Below are positions 41,601 through 52,700 of a DNA stretch of 64,000 bases, in pieces. The DNA lies in assembly GCA_964035545.1 (NCBI GenBank), contig OZ037766.1, forward strand, positions 4,454,722 through 4,518,721. Direction: 5' to 3'. Source of the DNA: Bugula neritina. Lineage: Eukaryota; Animalia; Bryozoa. Every line of letters begins with the position of its first letter. Position 1 is the first letter of the stretch. The position numbers and the translations under genes were made by a program. The notes below the pieces were generated by a model, which ran no database searches, was not told the DNA's origin, and saw only the letters and a list, made by a program, of their open reading frames with translations.

Positions 41601-44600
41601 CTGCTCTGATTTACTCCCCAGAGGCGGCAAAGGTCGCTCATCAGTTGAGACTGGAATTGAGCGCCTTGATCAGAGTGTATCTGTTCGGGGAGCCCAAAAT
41701 AACAGAATACATGTTGGTCTAGTGCCCTGGCCACTGTTGGGGCTGATGCATCTGGGATAGCCAGAGCATCCGCCCACCTAGTAAAGTGGTCGGTTAATAC
41801 TAGGATCCAATTGTTGCCTCTGGGGGTCAGGGGCATGGGTCCGACCAGGTCTACAGCGACTACTTGCCAGGGCCTACCAGCGTATAGCCTCCGCCGTCCT
41901 GCTTCACCAGGGGGGCGGCTATGCTTACTGGCCTGGCAGATCTCACACTGTTTGACTCTGAGCCGGACATCACGCTCCATTTGTGGCCAATACCACCGAA
42001 GTCGTAATTTGGACATCACTCGCTTGACCCCTGCGTGGGCCTGTTTGTGAGTATCCCAAATCAACTCACGGCGGATGGCTGTGGGGCAGACTACCCTCTT
42101 CCTTTCCGGGTGTCTGCCGCTGGCAGCTAGAGAGATGGTTAGCAACCCATCCTGCCCGATCCGCAGCGAGTCCCAACGCTGACAGTATAGCCGGAATTCG
42201 GCGCATCCCTGCCGTATGCGTTCCTCGCTGGGTCGTCGCCCTTCCCTTTTGGCCCGGTATATGTCTGCCACGACTCCAGGCAGCTCTTCTTGGAGCTTTT
42301 TCAGCTCTCGAACATTACCGGCCAGTACAGGGTTGGCGCGGAGGTTTTGTACATCCTCCGGGGACTCATCAACTCTTTGCCTGAGTTGACCTTGATCCCA
42401 GTCAAACGGTGCTCCGTGGTGAGCCAGCGTCTCCAACTCGCATCGCGGGGGACCTCCATCCCTCCTCTCGATGTTGAGACACTGTTTGCAACCTCCGTCA
42501 GGTCGGCGACTCAACCCATCCGCATTGCTGTGTCTCTTGCCCGGTCGATGTTCGATCCGGTATGAGAATTCAGCTAGGATTTCGAGCCACCGGGCGACCT
42601 GACTAGAGGGCTCTGCTCTCCTGCACAACCAGATCAGCGAGGCATGATCCGTACACAGCCGGAACTTCCTGCCATATAGGTATGGTCTGAAGTGCTTCAC
42701 TGACTTGATTACTGCCAGCAGCTCCTTGCGGGTAGTGCAGTAATTTCGTTCAGCGGGTGAGAGAGACTTGCTGTAGTAGGCTACTACTACCTCTCGGCCT
42801 TCCTGCACTTGTGACAGCACAGCGCCAACATTTTGGTCACTGGCGTCCGTGTCTAGGATGTACTCCAGAGTGGGGTCTGGGTAGGCCAAGATGGGCGCCG
42901 TTAGTAGGCAGCCCTTGAGGCGGTCGAACGCTTCTTGTTCGACTGGAGTCCACTGCCACGTCACTCCCTTTGCGGTGAGCCGGTTTAACGGCTGGGCTAT
43001 GCCCGCAAAGTCTGGTGTGTATTGCCTGTAATACCCTACCAGCCCCAAGAAAGCCCGGAGTCCGGTCAAGTCTTGGGGGGTGACCCAGTCTTCTACTGCC
43101 CGTACCTTTTCGGGATCCGTTGCCACGCCGTTTCGACCGACAACGTGTCCCAGGTACTTGACCTCCGGCTGCAATAGAGCGCACTTGGAAGGTTTGAGCT
43201 TGAGACCGGCACCTCGGAGTCTCTCGAAAACCTCCTGCAGACGACTGACATGTGTCTCGAAGTCTGGAGAGATTACGATGACATCATCGAGGTAGACCAG
43301 CAGTGTCTTCCAATGGAGTCCGCTAAGGACTTGTTCCATCAGCCTCTGGAAGGTGGCTGGGGCGGAGGTTAACCCGAAGGGCAGCACCTTCCACTTCCAC
43401 AAACCGTCCCGTGTGATAAACGCCGCCTTCTCTTGGGCGTCGGGACTCAGAGGAACCTGCCAATAGCCGCTTAGCAAGTCTAACGTACTGAAGTACTTGC
43501 TGCCGGCTAGGGCGTCCAATGACTCGTCAATACGAGGTAGAGGGTAGGCGTCCTGTATGGTGACGCTATTGAGTTTGCGGTAGTCCACACAGAACCGCCA
43601 ACTGCCGTCTTTCTTCCGGACCAGTACGACTGGCGAGCTCCACGCACTATGGGCGGGCTCTATCAGTCCCCGGTCCAGAAGATCCCGTACTTGTCGGCTA
43701 ACCTCCTTCTCTTTCTCCGGCCCCAGCCTGCGTGTGGGCTGCCGGACAGGGACTGTCCCTGCAGTCAGCGGTATTTCGTGTCTGACAATTCCAGTCAGTC
43801 CCACGTCATGCTCTCCGCTGCTGAACACATCACCGTAGTCGCGTAGTAACTTAGCCATAGCTTGGCGTTCTCTGTTACTCGCGCAGCCGCCACTGGCTGT
43901 TTCGTATAACTCCCGGAGATGTGTTGGGACTGCCCCTCGTCCCTGAATAGGGCACTGAGGGAGTGCCTCTGTCGCATCACCCAGCGACGGGCCTACGTCT
44001 CCCTCTTGAACAGAGTGGAAACGGCCCAGCATCGACCCAGCCGGGAGCTTGATAGGCTCGGTAAAGAGGTTGACGCACTGCACTAAGATCTCCCCTTGCT
44101 CAGTCAGCTGATTCAGACTGCTGGCAAGTTGGATCTTTTCGTGCGCGCCTTCAACCACCCCGAGTCCAGAGATCCGGCTACTATTCACCCTGCAGTGAAT
44201 GGTAGCCCGGGAGCGGCCTGGTATGATACGGTTGCGTATCACTTGCACACCTCCCACTAAAGGGCGGCCGAACTTGTCGACGCAGGCGAGTTCCCGCCCG
44301 GACATCATCATTGCAGATCTGCTAAAATCTATGTGACATCCGTGCCGTTTAAGGAACGGCATCCCGAGGATAGCATCCTCCTTGAGCTGACTGACGATGA
44401 ACGTCTCTTGGATCGTTTGATCACGGACTCGTCCCGTCAGCTCAATTATACCATAGAAGGGAAGGCACGACCCGTCAGCTAGGGTGCCGTATTCCCCTTC
44501 GTATGCTTCCATCTCGCCCCTGACCCTAGCACTGAGGGTGTCGAAGAGTTGGCGGCTTAAGAGGTTTGTGGTACAGCCCGAATCAATGAGGAAAGTAACA

Positions 44601-47274
44601 GCTTTGCCTTCCAGTTTGCCGGGCAAGAAATAGCTGTTCCCATGGGGCTGCACCTGAACTCTCCCTTCAGGCCTTACTCTCGCAGGGAGTACCTCCCTCG
44701 CTTTGGGTCGCGAAGGAGGTCTCTTGGGGCGGTGGTAGGTAGGCCTCGGGGGTGCCGAGGCTAGATTCTCAGCTACCTTTGTGTGCTCCCATCCAGATTC
44801 TTGGACTTGTAGCCCTGTGAATCTGTTGTGAAGGGGCATAGAAAAGGCAGCCGCGGGGCGAAGCCCCTTGCTGGTCCGTCGTGGCTGTTGCCACTGTTGG
44901 TTGCCAGTACGCGGTACCCGTCTGGGTGACCTGCGTTTCTTCTTCCCTGGGGGTTTCATCGTCGGCCCGCGGAAGGTGGGAACATCTGCGGGCCGCGGTA
45001 GTTTAACCCCTGATTTAGGAAGGGACAGTATCGGCGGAAATGTCCTTGATTTCCGCACTCCCAGCAAAAACTGACTGTTGCTCCCTGTGGCGGCGCCGGT
45101 GGCCGCATGGGCTCAGGGGCGGTACTCACTGGGGTTTGTGGTGTCAGTGTTGCTATCAGCTTGGCTAGCATGTCTGTCAGTTGAGTGACTTTTGATGCCG
45201 TTGCCAACTGGGACACGGCAGCCGCGGCGGGGGTTTCCTCCCCTTGTCCCGCGGCCGTGTCTGCGCGGTCTATCTCCACTTGATGGGAGCTTCCGCGACT
45301 TTTATGCATTTGATTAGCTAGGAGGTAAGCTTCTCCCTCAGTCAGAGCATCTTCAACGGTGGTGACTCCCCTAGCTAGAAACTGGTGGTGGAGACCCAGA
45401 TCGTCGACAGATGCTATGAAAGCGTCGAGGGTATACCTCTCGCGGTTGACTGGGGGCAAGTCGCTGTACGCGATCTGTGCCAGTTTCATGACCGCGGCGG
45501 CGTGCTCCCGCAGCGGGGTGCGGGGATCACGCCGCAACCTCTGCAATCGGGCCCTGGCATCTGTAGCAGAGAGGCCGAAGCGGGCCCGCAGAGAAGCAAA
45601 GATATTATCAATGTCTACGCCCAGCCCATAAGGCTTGGCTTTGTCCATCAATGCCATTCTAAGCTTCAGCAAGGCCACCCTAGGGGGCCACTGGGCGACG
45701 TCCATTACGTCGCTAAACTCTTGGATAAATTGTTCCACCTCCTCTTCACCCGTGAAGGTGGGCGCCTTTAACCTGTAGCGGTCCTCAGCTAGTTCTCGCG
45801 GAACCCTTCGCTCTTCTACTACATGGTTAACAGGCATTGTCTCTACAGCATTGTCTCTACGCTCACCTTCGATTGCCGGTGGTTGAGTTCCAGCATTTTC
45901 AGTCTCCATCTTGGATGCACTATCCCACCGCTGCCACCACTGTTATAATTTTCAGATTTAGGGTTGATGTGCTATCCAGAGAGTCTATTTATTTACTATA
46001 GAACTGCACCAGGATAAGTCGAGTGAACGAGTATATTTTACACACAATTATACATTATAAAAACGATACATTATTTCCAAACAAGTTACACATCTAATCT
46101 ATTTCACACTCTAGCTTCGACTGAGTTAACAGCGGGAAACTATAATTGCTGCTAACTATCAACTACGCTAATTGGATAGCCATTGTTCCGGGTCAATTAC
46201 GCGACCCCACATGTTGTGCTGCTGGTAGTTCCACGAACCACCACACAGCTTCTGAAAACTTTCACTCAGATTGAAATTTTGACTCCAATACTTGTATGTC
46301 ATACATCATAATTGGAAATTATCAAGTTATAAAGTATAAATAATGATACAACTTACATGGCAAAATAACTCTAAACGTTGCTGACAATGTTTCAAACTTT
46401 CCACCGTTGTTAGAAGCCACACATCTGTAGTAGCCATTCATTGGTTTCAAGTCATCCAACTGTCGAGTATCTCCATCAGTGATAGTCAGTTCTTGCTCGT
46501 TGGTTGATATCCGGAATGGAGCACCAACCCAGAGAGGGGGCAATGTATCACTAAATGGATCTGTACTGGTTTCAGCATATTGAAACTTTAGAGTCTCCAC
46601 ATTGCTGGCTCGGCACGTCATTTTATTGACTATTTCTACACCATCGGCTGCAAGGGCCACCTGCACATAGTCAGCTGGATCTTTCAGCTCCTTCTCAACA
46701 AAAAAGTGAGTGCCAAGATAGTCAATACTGGGAGCTCTGTCTTCTATTTGTCCTCTAGCTGTAACAAATTGAAGACTTTTGACTATAGAAATTAGGCAGT
46801 AGCACATTGAACAGCATACAGCAGTCAAAATGAGTTAACAAATTCCTAAATAAGTTAATTTAAGGCAGAGGTGGTAAACCTTGAATATTGAGATTAATTT
46901 GAAAATTTCATGCAAAGTTACACTGTACCAACAAAAAATAAATTCCCAATTCTGGTGGCACAGTAATTATGCAATAGCCAATGAATTTGGATGAAATAAA
47001 AAAGTATTCTTTGTAACTACATTTTATTTGGTATAAATAGGAAATCAAATATCAATAGCAGGTTAAATGACAGATACTTATCTAAAAATGAATACTATAA
47101 GAATTTGTGAAAACCAAACCTTTGCATGTTTCTCACAAAACAATCAGCACAGTATTTGCTTTTGCACAATTCTAGTAAAAAAGATATAACCTTTGCAATA
47201 GTTTTCTATTACCTACACTTACCCCCAGTAATGAGTGTTAGCACAAAGATACAGGTCTTTAAACTCGCCACCAT
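26644..47274 (-). CDS. Fused IgSF gene D+C: signal peptide + 10 Ig-like domains + anchor module
   Basis: D exons 47274-47223, 46782-46357, 37959-37693, 37400-37124, 36242-36068, 35397-35241, 35134-34988, 34237-34044, 33438-33255. A phase-1 intron leads to C exons 32875-32450, 31488-31222, 30928-30652, 30140-29966, 29315-29159, 29052-28906, 28581-28385, 28022-27839, then TM-1 27565-27480 (stop; 1264 aa). TM-2 27386-27244 is frameshifted; putative tail exon 26729-26644. No signal or TM exon lies between D and C. Confidence 0.75.
36391..36681. mobile_element. MITE family 2, same site in cassette D
   Basis: Same sequence and position as 19911-20212. Confidence 0.75.
38738..39042 (-). repeat. 3' LTR
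   Basis: Differs from 45941-46245 at one position by my comparison (ctttgac vs cttcgac). Confidence 0.97.
39334..40137 (-). CDS. Extra ORF3 of the Gypsy element: C2H2-like zinc finger + C-terminal coiled coil, unknown function
   Basis: 267 open codons; CQICGEDCASHRSLKLHVNAH followed by CPCG..H..C; heptad-like VEERLLRLQEEFTQL. No early ATG; splice-acceptor-like ctttttcag| before 40122. Confidence 0.7.
   Translation of the reverse strand: MKLFQITLEPATTRVRDRTLPAPYPEEYASGDRPEPLHRRWRWVSPQTEEEIETAWGSRGRTRCQICGEDCASHRSLKLHVNAHLLLTFCPCGYNDVYPYPVTRHRAAGCFPGENYVVDAKLYPEFLTLIRPLVKKAMLLAVLSSGFQRVLDNARQQSPLVSDRPQITYTPEETTYPEEGEISPTPAKRRTRSPSPPLRRRRTPSPDPVRLATVEERLLRLQEEFTQLAPDLLNTTTGLFQLKGSVCCMKRKLRTCQAKHQRAQQGL
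40437..41027 (-). CDS. Probable C-terminal tail of integrase, split from pol by a 1-nt frameshift
   Basis: Overlaps the pol stop at a C6 run; contains RTRQSPAYLKDFV, typical of Gypsy integrase tails. Confidence 0.65.
   Translation of the reverse strand: MLEPRRQTTTRGRRRHGPEYEVVIPREENLVREERQLLSTEACPPPPSLIPSLSETEPVPEVQTPTEGGAPSGEQEEVTADGEVETPLEAPTNEPASVSPPLERGQRTRQSPAYLKDFVCDCVKGGTHESLGENRTRKESSKCGSCQHHGNINFCIGGNRNKIHPPGAQSLNHAPQPRCSIFSYADAVRSRRVSKQ
41021..45067 (-). CDS. pol: Gypsy Pol polyprotein (protease, RT, RNase H, integrase)
   Basis: FLIDSGC (PR); WRFCVDYRKLN, LPFGL, YLDDV (RT); TDASD, TDH (RNase H); H-H-C-C zinc finger, VDLVGP, HSDQG, GVVER (IN); FVGPY. Confidence 0.97.
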   Translation of the reverse strand: MLGVRKSRTFPPILSLPKSGVKLPRPADVPTFRGPTMKPPGKKKRRSPRRVPRTGNQQWQQPRRTSKGLRPAAAFSMPLHNRFTGLQVQESGWEHTKVAENLASAPPRPTYHRPKRPPSRPKAREVLPARVRPEGRVQVQPHGNSYFLPGKLEGKAVTFLIDSGCTTNLLSRQLFDTLSARVRGEMEAYEGEYGTLADGSCLPFYGIIELTGRVRDQTIQETFIVSQLKEDAILGMPFLKRHGCHIDFSRSAMMMSGRELACVDKFGRPLVGGVQVIRNRIIPGRSRATIHCRVNSSRISGLGVVEGAHEKIQLASSLNQLTEQGEILVQCVNLFTEPIKLPAGSMLGRFHSVQEGDVGPSLGDATEALPQCPIQGRGAVPTHLRELYETASGGCASNRERQAMAKLLRDYGDVFSSGEHDVGLTGIVRHEIPLTAGTVPVRQPTRRLGPEKEKEVSRQVRDLLDRGLIEPAHSAWSSPVVLVRKKDGSWRFCVDYRKLNSVTIQDAYPLPRIDESLDALAGSKYFSTLDLLSGYWQVPLSPDAQEKAAFITRDGLWKWKVLPFGLTSAPATFQRLMEQVLSGLHWKTLLVYLDDVIVISPDFETHVSRLQEVFERLRGAGLKLKPSKCALLQPEVKYLGHVVGRNGVATDPEKVRAVEDWVTPQDLTGLRAFLGLVGYYRQYTPDFAGIAQPLNRLTAKGVTWQWTPVEQEAFDRLKGCLLTAPILAYPDPTLEYILDTDASDQNVGAVLSQVQEGREVVVAYYSKSLSPAERNYCTTRKELLAVIKSVKHFRPYLYGRKFRLCTDHASLIWLCRRAEPSSQVARWLEILAEFSYRIEHRPGKRHSNADGLSRRPDGGCKQCLNIERRDGGPPRCELETLAHHGAPFDWDQGQLRQRVDESPEDVQNLRANPVLAGNVRELKKLQEELPGVVADIYRAKREGRRPSEERIRQGCAEFRLYCQRWDSLRIGQDGLLTISLAASGRHPERKRVVCPTAIRRELIWDTHKQAHAGVKRVMSKLRLRWYWPQMERDVRLRVKQCEICQASKHSRPPGEAGRRRLYAGRPWQVVAVDLVGPMPLTPRGNNWILVLTDHFTRWADALAIPDASAPTVARALDQHVFCYFGLPEQIHSDQGAQFQSQLMSDLCRLWGVNQSRTTPYHPQGNGVVERNNRMLGDALRSLLLGRGQEEWDTVLPQVMRAYRSTPHTSTGETPNLLMLGREIRVPDHLTYHVPEQDNSVHEYASELVERMKAAHDILRQQQWKVRHEDSDEPPLYQRGDKVWMVNYRRRRGQADKLKPKFVGPYVVVEAMPNHTYKIERLGQVSIQNESRLKPYWASPDGVGEAPRC
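44956..45909 (-). CDS. gag: Gypsy Gag
   Basis: ATG just after the PBS; PTFTG capsid-like motif; CCHC knuckle CWECGNQGHFRRYC. Confidence 0.93.
   Translation of the reverse strand: METENAGTQPPAIEGERRDNAVETMPVNHVVEERRVPRELAEDRYRLKAPTFTGEEEVEQFIQEFSDVMDVAQWPPRVALLKLRMALMDKAKPYGLGVDIDNIFASLRARFGLSATDARARLQRLRRDPRTPLREHAAAVMKLAQIAYSDLPPVNRERYTLDAFIASVDDLGLHHQFLARGVTTVEDALTEGEAYLLANQMHKSRGSSHQVEIDRADTAAGQGEETPAAAAVSQLATASKVTQLTDMLAKLIATLTPQTPVSTAPEPMRPPAPPQGATVSFCWECGNQGHFRRYCPFLNQGLNYRGPQMFPPSAGRR
44963..45007 (-). other. Putative -1 ribosomal frameshift signal (G_UUA_AAC + hairpin)
   Basis: pol is in the -1 frame relative to gag. GTTAAAC at 45007-45001, 5-nt spacer, stem CGGCCCGC...GCGGGCCG. Confidence 0.75.
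45922..45939 (-). other. Primer binding site complementary to tRNA-Leu 3' end
   Basis: TGGTGGCAGCGGTGGGAT, 1 nt after the 5' LTR; complement of ATCCCACCGCTGCCA-CCA, the 3' end of metazoan tRNA-Leu(AAG/TAG). Confidence 0.85.
45941..46245 (-). repeat. 5' LTR
   Basis: See 3' LTR; contains AATAAA on the minus strand. Confidence 0.97.
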
Positions 47275-49746
47275 TTTCTTCTTATAAAACTATACAATAA
47301 CCAGTCTAAAAACAAATAATATTGTTTAGGAATATGAGCACACAACAGGTTTTCTACAAAGTCTGAGCTTAAAAGAACAGATTTACAAAAACCAAAGGTA
47401 CTAGGCTATAGCTGGAATACAATATTGCATTAACTTATATTACCTAAATTTACCCAAACTTGATGTAGCCTAAATGTGCACCATTAGGATTAGCAGTCCA
47501 TTTTGCCATACTCAGATAGGTACAAATTCATACTAGTACTATTATTTAGCAAAACTCTGAGTTGATGCCACCTAATAAACGTCTTAATTGCCCACTAAGT
47601 CGTCCTATTTTTTTCTATTTTCAATTGTTTTACATATAAAATCTAACTTTCAGTGCTTTAGAAAGTTAACTTGGTGAGAAATAAAAACAGACAGCACATA
47701 AATAAGTAACTAGTAACTTAGCCTACTAGTAGCAAACTTCAGGTCGGGTAGCTTTATAGCCAGTCCATGACTAGAATATTTTGTGAGTTGGGTGTTGAAT
47801 AAACAAATAAAATGATACTATAAGAAAAGGACGGCTACATGCAAGTTACCAACTTTCTTCAGACTACTAAAGTGTGGGAATTATAAGTAAAACTCTTGTT
47901 GGGTGTTGAAGACAGGCTTCTAGATAGACGTAAGGGTAAATGATTATTTAACAGCCATTAGACTAGTTTTTTGAGTGCTTAACACACCATATAATATGAG
48001 TGAGTAAACAATAAGGTTTTTGTTCGTATGATTCATGTGTATTCATATTGTCAAATCATCTATATATAATGTACTTTGTTCACTTATCCAGCCAGATTTT
48101 ATGCTATTTAAGTAACTATTATAAAACACCAGGCAAATTTTTCATAACACTGGTGCAAGGGTACTGTAGAAAGGGTATGACAACACAATTCAAAACAAAA
48201 AGAGAGATCAATTATCTCAATTGAACTGACTCAGTTTATGGTTATTGTAATGTAATTCAATTTGGCTCTAAGATAAGCATCAGTGAATGACAAGTATTTC
48301 CGGGTTAGCTAACAGTTTGACTAAAATAGATTTTAGCTGACTAATTTTGTCTTCTACAATAGCTTAGTCTCTTACCACGTTATGCATTTATTGCAATTGT
48401 AACAATTGTGCTCCAATAAATATATTTTGATAATTTAACTAAAAACCCAGATAGCCTTTCAGCTGTTGGCATTCACTGTTCATGTATTCGTGTTACTGTT
48501 TTGTTATTTCTTAATATTATGGCTGCAGCTTGTACCATTTAGGAGCAGTAGTGGAAAAATTGAGTATAACCTAAGTTCTTCAAATTTCTTTATGAATTTT
48601 GGTGTTGTGTATAACATAACTTCTTTTGCTACATTTCTAATCTAGAACACAGGCTTTTCTCAATTTCTCCATTACTGCACCTACCTCTTGTGTAGTAGTC
48701 ATCTCCGTCAGCTGCAGTAGACTCAAGATCCTAGTTATTGTAGGTGGTAGGTTAGAAAATAGTTATAGAATGAAATAGTGTTATCAGGAATATGCAGTTT
48801 GGAGTTTTTGCAACTTACCGAATAATATAATTGGGTTGTAGCCTTCAGGTGAGCTGCGAGGTAACTCCAACTCCAGTCAGCCTGTAGAGGTGAAGTTGAG
48901 ACTCCGGGTTGGGGTATTTGTCCGTGGGTGCTCCGTCGTTGATGCTCCTAGGCTAGCACTCACTAATACACCTTAACAATTCTAGTCTATTCTGACTTAT
49001 ATAATATTATCTTCTTTCCACAACCTTCAATCGCTCCATTCACCCAATCTTCTCCCCATCTCTTTCATACACACTCTGCTTTATATCTCAACACTAGCAC
49101 AAGCCACACCCACACTATATGTATGTTGATGCAAATATCACAGAGTTGTGCACTTCATAAACACACAAGAGTAAAAGAAGACAACTACAACTAACTTACA
49201 AGTTCGGATACAACAATAGGTAAAAGGCTAAGCTAAGCTAATCACTACTGCACCTGAAAGCCCAATTTGGAATCTAATGAATCTTTATTATGGAAATATT
49301 GTTTCAAACAAGAATTATAAAAATTCAAATATATAAATATAATTCAATAATATAATTTGCAACAGCGAGTGTTAGTGGTAATAATATTAAAATAATGCTA
49401 AACAAAATACAAGTAAAAATCTATAAACTAATATTTTCTTGGGGTAATAAAATACACATATTTGAAATATATATAAGATTCAGAAGCAAAAGGAATCAAA
49501 ACTGATGGTGAAAAATAGTTCAATAAAACCTCAAAATTTGATGTTAATATGTGAATTGCCTTGACATTGCCGGTGTGCAACCAGCAAAACATGTTTCCTG
49601 ATTGCTATAATAATATGTTACGAATAATACAAAAATATACAATAATACAATGTATTTCTTACAATTGTCATCACTTCACTCATGAGCCATCAATTAAGCA
49701 GTTGCTTTAATATTAAGTAAACACTCCAATATATATATATAATATA

Positions 49747-52700
49747 CTAAAATAGGCATAAGTTAAATAGGTCAATTGTGGCTTTCCATACTATTTCTTC
49801 CTTGATGTTGACCTTCCTCTTCATTACATAGACTGTATAAGACAAGGCAAACATGTTTCTTAGAAGATGATAAATTGCACATGATTCAGTATATCATGTG
49901 ATAGGAGATGTTTGATTGAGAAGCAGTGTGCATTGCCAAACTAATATACCTGAAAGTTGAAAAATCAAAAAATATGACGTATATATACTCAGAGAGGCAT
50001 ACTTTTGCTTAGCTCAGTGAAACGAAAACCTAGGTGAACTAAAGTTATTCAGAAAAAACTGCAAATCCTCATCTCAAACAAGCGGCAGCTAATAGCTGAC
50101 TTAGGGTCACAATTCAACCGAAAAGAGTTTGTAGTCTTTTAATATTACTGAGACTTCTTACAGACTTCTGACATTACAACACTGCATACAGGGTTACCGG
50201 TATTTAGAGAAGCTGCTGCTTTACAATGGTTAGTGAGGGCATTAAAGTAAAAGCATATAAAGAGGAACTGAAAGGAGAACAGCAGAGAGAAGGTGTGAGA
50301 GGCACCCTAGTTATTCGTGTGAGTGGAGAGCAAGGAGCAATTACTCTACCGTAGTACTGTTCGCCCTGCATCTTCCTCATATAACAGTGTATCAACACTA
50401 TTAGCAAGATGAGGAAAAGAACTCCCCCAGCAATACCAATGATGAGTGCATACGGCACTGGGGTGGCGGAGACGGAGTAGCATAGGTGGAGCTACACATA
50501 GCAACGAGAATATTATGGCTAGAAGACAATCTATATCTTACCATATAATTGCTCTCTTTTGTTTTCCTGTACATAATATTTATCACCCAATGAGCAGAAT
50601 TAGAAAGAGGAACCAGTAGATTGCTCCAAAACTGAGAGGGTAGTGAGAAAATCCTGCATTGACTGCTCCTACAAGACATACAATGATCTACATACTTGTA
50701 CAAACAATGCAACGGCTACAGTGCAGTGTCTCACAATATTAAAGAGAAAGAAAACATGGGCTGGCAGGTTGTTGGGGTGTTAAAACCTGCTGTAAAATCC
50801 AGGTAAAAGCAATAAGCTGAGCCTCAAGAGCAAATGAAGTGCTAATGCATAATATTTTTGTGATGGCAAGTGAAATAAATAGTCTAAAACCATGTAGTTT
50901 CTTGGTTGGGGAGATAGAAAGACACCCGACTTACCCGTAACGATATCAAAGACCACAGGTTCGCTTTGAATTGTCTTAGTAAAATCCCCAAAAAGAGAAT
51001 AGGTAACCGCGCAGTGCCACTTGCTCGCCCTCAGGTTACGGGAGTTTTCACTGCCATTAGGATCAAGAGTAAGTGACATCATTAAATTCCCGTTAGTATT
51101 TGAAGATATAATTACGGACTAAAACAAATATAATTCTATAATCACTACTACCACAGCCTCAAATTGCAGCTGCTCAACATAATTTAAACATGGAGTTATT
51201 AATTCATTTATTTCACCAAACAAACCGTACATCCCAAAAGTGTAAAAACATAGAAAACAATTGGTCTAAGAGAACAAATTAAACAGATCTGTATCAACAA
51301 ACTTCCCAGAACAGGTAGAAAAGTAGTAATTATAATCAGTGTACAATTTATTTGTCGAGCAAGAAGACAACTTGGACAATGATTTTAGCAATTTAGTAAA
51401 AGAGCAAATACATCTAATAGCGTTAGGATTTCTAACAAACAATAAATAACACAGAATACTCACGGCAACACCAACATCATCCTCCTTTGTGATCTTTACA
51501 TCAGACTTATTTGACATCCAATAAGCTTCCTCCACAACTGCATTGCTGTCCAGAGTGACCGCACACACAAAGTTGAAGGTAGACTGCGTGTAGTTAAGGT
51601 TTTCTCTATGGATGATATAAGGCTGAGAAGGCAGAGGCGCCTGAAGGAAAACTGCTTCATCTACAGTACAACAAAATAATCTAGACTCAACACTGAACTG
51701 ATAGTACAAGGCCATAGTTACACCAGATGACATTTAAGATAAAATCATTTTTGCCCGATTTATGATAATCCAGATGCTAATATGTATTTTTCTCACACAT
51801 ATCTTAAATCAGCACATGAAAGTACCCCAAATAGCAATTTTATGAATTTTGAGCCAATCTCACTCTTTATAAAAATCTGCTGATGTGTACCTAATAAATT
51901 AGAATGACCCAATTAGGATTATGACAGTGGAATGAGGGAAAGATGTTACATCTCTCAGATTTATAGCTATTGCACCTACCATAGATTGTCAGGTCTGAGG
52001 TCTCATACAGAGCGCCAGCATCATTGGTGGCTACACAGAGTATACTACCAGACATGTTCTTCTGGGCTCCCTCAATGACAAACTTGGTGTCCATGGCTGA
52101 GTCGTAAGTTATCCACGAAGGTGTATCTAAATGCAAGCAAATAGAACTGTAGAGTACAAAATGAAGCTAGTAAATACTTTTTGAATGGGGCAAAGATCGT
52201 GTTTCAACAAACTCTGCTATATGTATACATACCTTCCGTAATCTTTTGACCATTGAAGTAAAACTCTGTTGCAAAGGCGACCCGATTTTCAGCATCACAA
52301 ACCACCTCAACATCTGAACCAGTTGGTTCATAACGATTTCGAGCGAACTTTGATCTATCAGTCACTTTAGGATATAGCTGAACTTTTACCTAGTAATGAA
52401 CAGTGCATCACATCATATTCTACACTCTACAGCACTCAGGAATAAGCTTTGATTTACTTGTACAAGCTTCTATTTTACTTTTGTAACAAGACACTATAGT
52501 AAAGTTGAGAACTGTCCAACAGTTGGTCTTACTATAAAGATAGTGAACTACATAAATTTAAATATCATCTGACATAGGATATTCTTCTACAGCTCTCAGT
52601 TTGCATTTATGATGAAACTTTGGCTATAAGATAAGTTTGACTTCATCCACAGCTAATGACTGTAGATAAAGTTCCTACATACAGAGACCAGGAAGTTCAT

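Larger units (their letters stand above)
38738..46245 (-). mobile_element. Full-length Ty3/Gypsy LTR retrotransposon (7508 bp) in intron 2 of D+C
   Basis: 305-bp LTRs with TG...CA ends, 4-bp TSD CAGC (38734-38737, 46246-46249), PBS, PPT (~39043-39056), gag and PR-RT-RNaseH-IN order. Empty site caatgctgcttctgaaaa in the paralogs. Confidence 0.98.

Noticed and set aside
39362-45771. Plus-strand and nested ORFs within the Gypsy element
   Set aside because: Antisense or alternative-frame shadows of GC-rich gag/pol; no recognisable motifs.
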